NCBI GenBank assembly: GCA_030583825.1
Contig: CP129477.1
Coordinates: 843,627-907,626 of the forward strand
Origin: Candidatus Dojkabacteria bacterium
Lineage (GTDB): Bacteria > Patescibacteriota > Dojkabacteria > GCA-002793355
DNA length: 64,000 bases
Direction of reading: 5' to 3'
Shown: piece after piece, positions 9,098 through 16,971 of the stretch
How the letters are laid out: each line of letters begins with the position of its first letter
Position numbering within the stretch: the stretch's first letter is position 1
Program-made: the position numbers and the translations under genes
Notes under the pieces: generated by a model
Databases searched by the model: none
Told to the model about the DNA's origin: nothing
The model's input: the letters and a program-made list of their open reading frames with translations, nothing else

Positions 9098-10402
9098 ATG
9101 AAAACAGTAAGCACACAGCCCTACAAAGGAGCACGTGATTTTTACCCCGAAGACATGCGACTTCGTAACTATATCTTCGATAAGTGGCGTAAAGTCTCCC
9201 GATTGTTCGGATTCGAAGAGTATGACTTCCCTATTGTGGAGCCATTTGAAGTATTTGCCTCAAAATCAGGCGAAGAAATTGTGAATACACAGCTTTTTTC
9301 CTTTACTGACCGTGGAGATCGTAAACTTGCATTGCGACCGGAATTAACTCCAAGCACTGTGCGTATGATTGCCGGAAAGTTCAATGAAATTCCAAGGCCG
9401 ATAAAGTGGTTCATGATTGGCAATAATTGGCGATTTGAAAAGCCACAAAAAGGCCGCGGTCGTGAGTTTTATCAGCTTGAAGCAAATATTTTTGGAGTTT
9501 CTCAGGTCGAAGCAGACTTCGAAATTATCTCTTTAATTGTGGCTCTCATGAAAGAATTCGGTGCCACATCAGAGATGTTTTCAATTCGACTTAGTGATCG
9601 TAGGCTTATCTCTGCTCTCTTAAATGACACATTACAGCTTTCTGAAGAAAAACAGCTCTCAACACGCCGTCTGATGGATAAATATCGAAAAATGAGCCCA
9701 CAGGAGTTCACAGAGGCATTGTACGATATAGATGTAGACGCAGAAAAGGCATCAAAAATCGCTATATTTATGGATAGTGGGACAAAGGTGCAGGATCTAA
9801 CCAAAAGTATCCCACAGGCCATTTTAGAGGCTAACGAGGGCTATATTTCGTTGCTTTCTTTGTTCACAATGCTTGAAAACGCAGGAATTGCAGAATTCTG
9901 TCAGTTTGACCCAGGAATTATTCGTGGCTTCGACTACAGCGACGGGCTTGTGTACGAAGCATTCGACAATAATCCGGAGTATAAGCGCTCACTCTTTGGT
10001 GGAGAACGATTCGATAAACTTGTACAGGTGTATGGTAATTATGATCTTGCCGCAACGGGTTTTGCTGTTTCAGATGTATCGCTTTTAGAGTTTTTGAAAG
10101 GCTGGAATCTTGTACCTGAATTGCCCCAAACAGTAAAAGTGCTTGTTGCTCTCTTTGAAAACGGCCTGAATGACTCTCAAAAAGTCGCTGCAGAATTAAG
10201 AAATGCAGGAATTTCTACAGATATGTTTGTCCAGTACGAAAAGCTTGATAAGCAAATCAAATACGCTGATAAAAAAGGTATCGAATGGATGGTAATTCCA
10301 GGTGAAGAAGAGCTAAAAGCAGGGAAAGTTGTCTTGAAAAATCTTCGAAATAGAACTCAGGAAGTGGTATCCGTGAAAGATGTTATTTCAGCCTTGATTT
10401 AA
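9098..10402 (+). CDS. hisS: histidyl-tRNA synthetase
   Basis: MKTVSTQPYKGARDFYPEDMRLRNYIFDKWRKV...RWFMIGNNWRFEKPQKGRGREFYQLEANIFG contains class II aaRS motifs typical of HisRS. The ORF track starts at 9047, but the conserved N-terminus starts at the ATG at 9098. Confidence 0.85.
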   Translation: MKTVSTQPYKGARDFYPEDMRLRNYIFDKWRKVSRLFGFEEYDFPIVEPFEVFASKSGEEIVNTQLFSFTDRGDRKLALRPELTPSTVRMIAGKFNEIPRPIKWFMIGNNWRFEKPQKGRGREFYQLEANIFGVSQVEADFEIISLIVALMKEFGATSEMFSIRLSDRRLISALLNDTLQLSEEKQLSTRRLMDKYRKMSPQEFTEALYDIDVDAEKASKIAIFMDSGTKVQDLTKSIPQAILEANEGYISLLSLFTMLENAGIAEFCQFDPGIIRGFDYSDGLVYEAFDNNPEYKRSLFGGERFDKLVQVYGNYDLAATGFAVSDVSLLEFLKGWNLVPELPQTVKVLVALFENGLNDSQKVAAELRNAGISTDMFVQYEKLDKQIKYADKKGIEWMVIPGEEELKAGKVVLKNLRNRTQEVVSVKDVISALI

Positions 10403-10422
10403 GGTCTCGATTAAAAAGATCC

Positions 10423-11061
10423 TTACTGAAAAAGTCCAGGCTTCTGCTTGATGAATACAAGCGATTCGGGGGCAAACCTTACAACGTTTGATTCAGTTCC
10501 GGGAATAGTATTGGCTTTTGTTGTTATCATGTCTTCGCCGTCTACAAGAAAGTTAAACTCGTAAATTGCGCCTGTTCTTAGAAAAGACTTAAAACTGAAT
10601 TGGTTACTTTCGAATTTTCCTTCCTGGAGCTTGTATCGGACATTTAGCTCGTCCGGCTTCATAGAGGTGACTGTTCTGCGAAGAGAGGCATCCTGAGTGA
10701 TGAATACGGTGTTTTTGTATGTAAAGTCCAAATTTGCGTGTAAGCCATTTCTGCTGTCGAAAATGCTAAGCTTACAAGTTCCTTCGATTTTTGCGATAGA
10801 GATACTGTCTTTTAGGAGTGTATATGAGCAAATTTTGTTTTCATCTGTGACCCAAGTGCCGGAAAGTGGCCCACCTGTATTAAATGTAAATGATGCACTT
10901 AAATTTTCTCCCCATTCTTTGAGCGGTGAAGGTAAAATCGGTGCAGATGCCATAAATGCAAAAGTTCCCACAATGATGACGATTACAAAGATTGCAAACC
11001 CTTTGAGAAATTTTATAAACCACCAGTCACTTAGTTTTTGTGCTGAGACAGCAGTGTCCAT
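10423..11061 (-). CDS. hypothetical membrane-anchored (probably extracytoplasmic) protein
   Basis: N-terminal TM helix FAIFVIVIIVGTFAFMASAPIL followed by a ~170 aa domain with no known motif. Confidence 0.35.
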   Translation of the reverse strand: MDTAVSAQKLSDWWFIKFLKGFAIFVIVIIVGTFAFMASAPILPSPLKEWGENLSASFTFNTGGPLSGTWVTDENKICSYTLLKDSISIAKIEGTCKLSIFDSRNGLHANLDFTYKNTVFITQDASLRRTVTSMKPDELNVRYKLQEGKFESNQFSFKSFLRTGAIYEFNFLVDGEDMITTKANTIPGTESNVVRFAPESLVFIKQKPGLFQ

Positions 11062-11164
11062 AAACCATTATAGCATCTCATTGGATTTCGTCATGTCGTA
11101 TGGATATCGCACCTTTTTTCTTACATTTTATTGCGGGAAAAGTTTTCTTATAGGAGAAAACTCA

Positions 11165-11698
11165 TTAAACAAACAATGTTTTTGCGTCTGATGGGGTTGT
11201 AAAGATCTTCATATCTTCTGTCCAGTTTGCAACGAATTCTTCGATATTTCTTTGGTAGGTCATATAGAACTGAACAAAGCGATCTTTATCAAAATCTCCG
11301 GTGTATGATGCAGAAAATGTCACGCGACCTGTTCTTTCATCTGGCTGGAATACTGTGAGTTTTATAAGCGCTTCGTCGAGGTTTCTGTCATTTATGAATG
11401 AGAAGAACTGCACTTTTCTTTCAGGAGAATCGAGGTAGTACGTTTCCGGCGAAAGAAAATCAACGCTAAGAATAAATGTATCTTCAAGAATATGATATTC
11501 ATGTCCCACGCTAAGGTCAGATACCAACAATGCGATCATTCCATCTTCGCTATGACGTACTTCCACTTCACATTTAAGAGTTTCGAGGAGTTCTTTTACT
11601 GAGGATAATCTTGCAGAAATCATGTGACAAAGGATTAATTTATAAAAACTAGCTTTTCGTGTGGATGTAAGAGCTGACGTTTGGTTAATGTAGCACAA
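11165..11698 (-). CDS. hypothetical protein
   Basis: ORF only. A hairpin AGTTTTC-N8-GAAAACT lies just 3' of the stop on the minus strand (11131-11152). Confidence 0.3.
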   Translation of the reverse strand: MCYINQTSALTSTRKASFYKLILCHMISARLSSVKELLETLKCEVEVRHSEDGMIALLVSDLSVGHEYHILEDTFILSVDFLSPETYYLDSPERKVQFFSFINDRNLDEALIKLTVFQPDERTGRVTFSASYTGDFDKDRFVQFYMTYQRNIEEFVANWTEDMKIFTTPSDAKTLFV

Positions 11699-11756
11699 TT
11701 CTTGGATGGAACGAAACTTTTTAAAACAGTTCTTGTTTTGAAAAGATGAGTGACTA

Positions 11757-11828
11757 TCCAGAGGATAGGATTTGAACCTATGACCAAGAGTTTTACAGAC
11801 TCCTGCTCTACCGCTGAGCTACCTCTGG
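11757..11828 (-). tRNA. tRNA, anticodon apparently GUA (Tyr) but with a short (type I) variable loop
   Basis: The reverse complement folds as a cloverleaf: acceptor CCAGAGG/CCTCTGG, U8, D stem GCTC/GAGC, anticodon stem GGAGT/ACTCT with loop CUGUAAA (U33, A37), variable loop UGGUC, T arm ATAGG-TTCAAAT-CCTAT, discriminator A. 72 nt, no encoded CCA. Confidence 0.6.
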
Positions 11829-11900
11829 ATGACGTATTTTACGATGGATGGAGGCTTTTGTAAAGATTATTCAGTAAGTGTCCTCATTAGTAGAACGCTT

Positions 11901-12248
11901 TTATATCTTTTCAGGACTTGGTGAGTCGGTTAAATCGCTTTCAAATAAAAATGAGATATTTCCATCCGGGTAAATGAGCACTAATCCATTTGTATCTCTC
12001 TGTGCGGCTTCCTCCAGGAATCCTTCTAATTGAGACGTTGGTTTTGTTTCTGCTGCTGCTCCAAGAACTTGTCCTACAAGAATATTTGTAGTTTCATCAT
12101 AAGACAATGAGTCAAAAAGCTGTACTTTAATCGTTCCCATATCTACTGTGGGCAATGCCGGAATTATAGGATCTGCTGTGCTTTCTGGATCATGAATTTG
12201 TTCAATCCATTCATTAAATTGTTCTATCGGTTCTTGAGAACTCATCAT
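11901..12248 (-). CDS. small, highly acidic hypothetical protein (115 aa)
   Basis: Its start is 2 nt after the stop of the upstream 362-aa ORF. Very D/E-rich and no TM helix. Immunity-protein or chaperone-like partner architecture. Confidence 0.35.
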   Translation of the reverse strand: MMSSQEPIEQFNEWIEQIHDPESTADPIIPALPTVDMGTIKVQLFDSLSYDETTNILVGQVLGAAAETKPTSQLEGFLEEAAQRDTNGLVLIYPDGNISFLFESDLTDSPSPEKI

Positions 12249-12250
12249 AA

Positions 12251-13339
12251 TTATTTCATAAAGTTATTTGGGGGCATGGTCACTATCCTTAAGGATGTTG
12301 GCGCGTCGCGTCCTTCTAGTCCATTACTGTCAATTCCCATTAATTTTACAGCACTGTCATAATGCCTGGATTCTAATCGTCCTTCTTCCTCGGCTTGGAG
12401 TGCTATACTTTGAGCTTGCGTGTGTTTATTTCTTCCATTTTGAATAACTGGCAAATGACATTCTGTAACGCTGCTTCCAGTCTTGGTGTCAATATAAATG
12501 ACTTCATCTCCTTTTTTGGCAATTAAGTCTACTCCTGATAAGTCTTCTGTCCCTGATTTTGTAACGCTAACATCATATCCTTGCTCTCTAAAATAAACAT
12601 ATGCTGAAAATTCGGCAAGAATAGATTCTCTTCTCTGTGCTGCCTCTGCTCTATGTAACGGTGGGACAATATGATTTATCATACTGGTAATTGCACGTTC
12701 AATCTCCTGCATTGTTGCTTTACGGTTAGGCTGACCGGCATTGTCTGGAATATATATCTTCTCATACATTGTAATACATGTTCCAAGCATATTTCTTTGA
12801 AACTCAGAGGCTATTTCAACAGCAACTGCTCGGTCTGAAGAAGAAAGTCGAGGATCTCTGATACCACTATATCTTTCATTTACTAAGGCTTTTGCATTGG
12901 GATTATTAGAGAATTCTTTTCCGGACTTCATGGCCCTGTTCATTGAGCGCCAAACGTCTATTACTGCCGGCGGGTAATGGTCGTTTATAACGAAAATTGT
13001 TTCTCCTTCCTCGTTTTGTTTTTCTTCAACTACCGAAACTCTTTGCTTTACTACAGATTGCAGAGCAGCCTTTTGTTCCGGCTTCAATTTTTTACGTTTT
13101 TTAGGAGGTTCAGTCTCATTTGTTGTTTCTGATTCTGCAGCAATAACTTTCAAATCTCTCAGAAATAGGTCAAATGATGTTAATCCTTGACCTTGTGACT
13201 CCTTTAAGCGATTACTATACGCTTTATTTCTGTCTAAAGTATCGTTAACAGTGTGAAACTCATTGATAGTTCCTTCCTGGACAGGTGTTGTGGCTGGGGT
13301 TTCCCATTCTGGCATAGATAAAGTGTACGCAAATGCCAA
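12251..13339 (-). CDS. hypothetical protein (362 aa) with a basic KKRKK patch and a possible C-terminal PD-(D/E)xK-like segment
   Basis: No canonical motif. The C-terminal GVDLIAKKGDEVIYIDTKTG could be a degenerate D...(D/E)xK nuclease core, which is speculative. PPKKRKKLKPEQK is a basic stretch. Confidence 0.4.
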   Translation of the reverse strand: MAFAYTLSMPEWETPATTPVQEGTINEFHTVNDTLDRNKAYSNRLKESQGQGLTSFDLFLRDLKVIAAESETTNETEPPKKRKKLKPEQKAALQSVVKQRVSVVEEKQNEEGETIFVINDHYPPAVIDVWRSMNRAMKSGKEFSNNPNAKALVNERYSGIRDPRLSSSDRAVAVEIASEFQRNMLGTCITMYEKIYIPDNAGQPNRKATMQEIERAITSMINHIVPPLHRAEAAQRRESILAEFSAYVYFREQGYDVSVTKSGTEDLSGVDLIAKKGDEVIYIDTKTGSSVTECHLPVIQNGRNKHTQAQSIALQAEEEGRLESRHYDSAVKLMGIDSNGLEGRDAPTSLRIVTMPPNNFMK

Positions 13340-13352
13340 TGATATGTCAAAA

Positions 13353-13916
13353 CTACACGATCACTTCGTAAATTCCCAAATTTGGTGCTTTAAAAGAAAA
13401 TATTTCTTCAATATTTTTCTGTCCACTTGCTAAAAGTGCAAGACGTACGATTGCACCGCTTGTTACGCAAATTCCATTCTGGTATGTACTGCTTTTAAAA
13501 TCATCTAAAAAACTTTTTACTCGAGGTAAGGTTTCTTCGTATGATTCGATAGTCTCAATTTTGTAGGAGTACTTTTCGTACGGAGAATGCGGGTTATATT
13601 TATGAACTTTTTCCATCTGAGGAACTGTCCATCCTTCAAATTTACCAAAACTTCTCTCGTTCATTCTTTCGTCCTGGATGATCTCAAGAGGATACTGCTT
13701 TGACAACTTTTTGTAGAGTAAATCTGCTAAAAATTCAGTTCTGCCGTTGAATGCATAATATATTGCGTCAACTCTTTGCTTTGGACGAAAGTTCTGTACA
13801 AATGCTCTACTGGTCTCTTTGCCGTAGTCTGTAACAGGACTATCGAGTGTTCCTTGCAGGCGATCTTCAACATTCCACACAGTTTGTGGATGGCGAATAA
13901 AATACAGTGTTTTCAT
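13353..13916 (-). CDS. histidine phosphatase superfamily (phosphoglycerate mutase-like) protein
   Basis: The N-terminus LYFIRHPQTVWNVEDRLQG corresponds to the RHG catalytic motif region of branch-1 histidine phosphatases. Confidence 0.6.
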   Translation of the reverse strand: MKTLYFIRHPQTVWNVEDRLQGTLDSPVTDYGKETSRAFVQNFRPKQRVDAIYYAFNGRTEFLADLLYKKLSKQYPLEIIQDERMNERSFGKFEGWTVPQMEKVHKYNPHSPYEKYSYKIETIESYEETLPRVKSFLDDFKSSTYQNGICVTSGAIVRLALLASGQKNIEEIFSFKAPNLGIYEVIV

Positions 13917-13918
13917 GA

Positions 13919-14998
13919 CTACAAATATATCACGGTACTTGGGTCTTTCTCAAGTTGTGCAAGAAATTCCTTTAGTTTTGTATTGTCATTTTTGTGGAAA
14001 ATAGCGACAACATCTTTGGTGTTAACAACGACAAAGCCCTTTAACCCAATGGTAACCACAAGCTTGTCCGCTTCTGTATTGTAAATGAGTGTATCTTCTG
14101 ATCCCATATCTTTTGCAGGGCCAATAGCAACGTTGCTTTCGGGGGAAGATTCTAATGTCTCTTTAAGTGCAATCCATTCTCCAATATCGCTCCAGCCAAT
14201 ATCTGCAAGCAAAACTCGAGCATCTTCTGGTTTCAAGTACTCAGCATACGCATAGTCTGCGGAGATTTTTTCCAGCTTAGAAAATTTCTCACATGATTCT
14301 TCTGAAAAATCTGACTCAACCATTTCTGTAACCACATCGTAGATTTCTCTTGCACTGTCTTTGTAGCCTTTTAGAAAATCTTGACCAAAGGCTGCCCAAT
14401 ATCCTGGATTCCAACCATATGTTCCTGCGGCAATATACTCTTTAGCTACTTCCATTGTTGGCTTTTCTACGAACCGTTCAAACTCCGCAAGCTTTATTTG
14501 TCCACCATACTGTGAGTCAAGAACTTTTCCAAAATGAATATATCCTCTATGTGGTGAAGGAAACCGCGCGGGAACTGCCAAAAATACTGTTTTCTTTTCT
14601 TGCTTTACGACCTCTTCTGCTTTTTTGATTGCAGTAATAAATGCAATTGGATCTTTTATGTGGTGATCTGTCCACTGTGTCATGATGACTTCATCTGGAA
14701 ACATTTTTGTAACATATGCAATAGCAAGTCCCACTGCAGGGCCTGTATCGCGCATCATTGGCTCGGCAATGATATTTTCTTTAGGGAGCTCAGGAATAAT
14801 CTGTTCAACTTCGTGACGATACTGTTGCCCAAGGCTGACAAATATATCACTTGCAGGAAATGCTTCGCGAAGCAAATCGTAGCGAATTCGCAACAATGGC
14901 TTATCTTCAATAATAGCGAGGAACTGTTTTGGCGACTTCACACGACTGACTGGCCAAAAACGTTTTCCTGTTCCTCCTGCAAAAAGAATAATTTTCAT
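13919..14998 (-). CDS. sugar-phosphate nucleotidyltransferase, mannose-1-phosphate guanylyltransferase-like
   Basis: The N-terminus MKIILFAGGTGKRFWPVSRVKSPKQF matches the GGxGxRLWPLSR signature of ManC/CpsB-type nucleotidyltransferases. Confidence 0.65.
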   Translation of the reverse strand: MKIILFAGGTGKRFWPVSRVKSPKQFLAIIEDKPLLRIRYDLLREAFPASDIFVSLGQQYRHEVEQIIPELPKENIIAEPMMRDTGPAVGLAIAYVTKMFPDEVIMTQWTDHHIKDPIAFITAIKKAEEVVKQEKKTVFLAVPARFPSPHRGYIHFGKVLDSQYGGQIKLAEFERFVEKPTMEVAKEYIAAGTYGWNPGYWAAFGQDFLKGYKDSAREIYDVVTEMVESDFSEESCEKFSKLEKISADYAYAEYLKPEDARVLLADIGWSDIGEWIALKETLESSPESNVAIGPAKDMGSEDTLIYNTEADKLVVTIGLKGFVVVNTKDVVAIFHKNDNTKLKEFLAQLEKDPSTVIYL

Positions 14999-15001
14999 GT
15001 C

Positions 15002-15718
15002 CTAAGTATTTAATTTATTTAAGTGTTCGTACATAAGTTTCCCAGCACTTCTTAAATTTATAACTGCGTTCTGTATGTGCTGGTCTTCTGCAAACCCTGC
15101 CATGAAATAAAATGAATCCTCATGTACGAGAATCCCGGTATTTCCTACTGTATAAATTCCTTCTTCTTTTGTCATTCCTGTTTTTGAAGTGACGAGTGAC
15201 GTAGGCAATTGATCGAATAAATAGAAAATATTGATGGAATTTTTTCCTATAAAAAAATCCTTTAGCTTTTTATTTGTCCATATATATTGATAGAGCATAA
15301 AACAGTCGCGTAATGTCAGCTTATTCTCATTTATTTTATTATCAATAAAGCTAATATGGGCTGACTTCATTCCAATTCGTCCAATTTCTTGTGTTATTTT
15401 GTGTCTTTCGGGAAAAAATATATCAAGGAGAACCTTCGTTGAAGAATTGCAACTATATATGAGCATAAGGTTTAAAAGACTTTCTACAGAAATTTCGTGA
15501 GTATCCTTGTGCATAAATAGTTTAGGAAGGACATCAGTTCCATACCCGGCAAGTTGATCTTTTGAAATAGTAAGAATTTGCGAAAAATCGGCAGTCTCTG
15601 CGATTAGTGCGGCATATAGGGTTTTTGTAAGGCTGGCTGCTTCGAATAGTGTGTCTGCGTAGTGAGAAAGTAAGATATCTTGAGAATCTATGTTAGCGAG
15701 AAGGTAGCCTCGTGTCAT
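15002..15718 (-). CDS. serine-type D-Ala-D-Ala carboxypeptidase / class-A beta-lactamase-like protein (penicillin-recognising fold)
   Basis: All three active-site motifs are present in order: SLTK (SxxK), SCN (SxN), KTG (KTGMT). Size 238 aa. Confidence 0.55.
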   Translation of the reverse strand: MTRGYLLANIDSQDILLSHYADTLFEAASLTKTLYAALIAETADFSQILTISKDQLAGYGTDVLPKLFMHKDTHEISVESLLNLMLIYSCNSSTKVLLDIFFPERHKITQEIGRIGMKSAHISFIDNKINENKLTLRDCFMLYQYIWTNKKLKDFFIGKNSINIFYLFDQLPTSLVTSKTGMTKEEGIYTVGNTGILVHEDSFYFMAGFAEDQHIQNAVINLRSAGKLMYEHLNKLNT

Positions 15719-16965
15719 TCAATTATTGGCGCAATATAAATTCCTGTTCCTGCGTTTATTTTACCATTTGCTTGCGAGAGTTGTGTAGGAGTGCAACCAT
15801 ACATTTCGTAAGATACCTTCACACCGCCATCAGGCATAATGACACCTGTTGTTCTATATAATGTTGTAACAGTTGTCTCTACTCCCTGATACAGAACTCT
15901 TTCCTGTGAAGGATTTATATGTTGTTGAAATATATAACTGCCTCCATCTGTTGTGAGACTACGCATTAATTCGCGGACATTCTCTGCTCCTGAATTTGTT
16001 TTTCCTTCAATTATTTCTGCTGCTGCAGCGTTACTTCCGCACAATGCATTAAGAATTGCGTCTCTCTGCCACTTTCGTACATTTGTTAGGTTTACAACTA
16101 ATGAAAACCCATCTTTTCCTTCATACTTTAGCCACGGGAATTGCACGGGGTCAACGGTAGAAGCATCGTTTCTTGTTAGTGGCATGATATCAGGCTGTTG
16201 TTCCTGTAGTTGCCTAAGAAACTTTCTATATCCAAAAAATGGTGCAGATAAACTATTTAATACGTGAACATCTTCTCTTTCCTGACAATAATCTAGCATC
16301 ATTTGAGAACCATCGGAGTATAAAAATGTTTTACTATTACAACATCGAAATAATATATCTGGGTAGAATCCTTCCTCTAATAACTGTCCAAAGCCTTGAA
16401 TGTCGGTATATGCTGTATCAATTCCGGCCTGGGCCATTCTTCTTGCGAGGTATTCATGAGATCTCCAAAACGCGTTTTTTCTACTTCCAATTACTGCAGC
16501 AGATTGCACACCCGACGATTGGAATCTTTCTGTTAAATGCGCAACAAAATCGTCGTTATGAGCACTGCCAATGCTTTCTGCTCGAGGACGTTGTAAAAAT
16601 GATTGATTATTGGGGTTGATTTCAATGACGTAGAACCTGCCATCTTCTCCTTTCACTAAATCTAGTCCAAAATATGTTATTGCGCTGTTGGTTGTACTAT
16701 CAAAATTGATGACGTCACGTGCATAATGCGGTTCTACCCCTACACCTTCGGCAAATTCAGGAGAAATAGTTGTCTGCTCTATTACTTTTGCTACTTTTGT
16801 GGTTATATCATCAAGCTGTACTCTATCGTGTTCAGGAATAATAACGGGACTTTCTGCAATAAGTGTTGGTTGCTCTTTACCTTCTGGCCCAAAAATCATG
16901 TAATCGGGTTGAGCTTCTGTACCTACTTGATGCGCAACGAATAATTTCTTATCCATCTCCCCCAA
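15715..16965 (-). CDS. hypothetical protein, possibly a (circularly permuted?) ATP-grasp-like enzyme
   Basis: FYVIEINPNNQSF resembles the ATP-grasp Mg-binding hhE(I/V)N motif but sits near the N-terminus. Overlaps the downstream peptidase gene by 4 nt. Confidence 0.3.
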   Translation of the reverse strand: MGEMDKKLFVAHQVGTEAQPDYMIFGPEGKEQPTLIAESPVIIPEHDRVQLDDITTKVAKVIEQTTISPEFAEGVGVEPHYARDVINFDSTTNSAITYFGLDLVKGEDGRFYVIEINPNNQSFLQRPRAESIGSAHNDDFVAHLTERFQSSGVQSAAVIGSRKNAFWRSHEYLARRMAQAGIDTAYTDIQGFGQLLEEGFYPDILFRCCNSKTFLYSDGSQMMLDYCQEREDVHVLNSLSAPFFGYRKFLRQLQEQQPDIMPLTRNDASTVDPVQFPWLKYEGKDGFSLVVNLTNVRKWQRDAILNALCGSNAAAAEIIEGKTNSGAENVRELMRSLTTDGGSYIFQQHINPSQERVLYQGVETTVTTLYRTTGVIMPDGGVKVSYEMYGCTPTQLSQANGKINAGTGIYIAPIIE

Positions 16966-16971
16966 TAAAAA

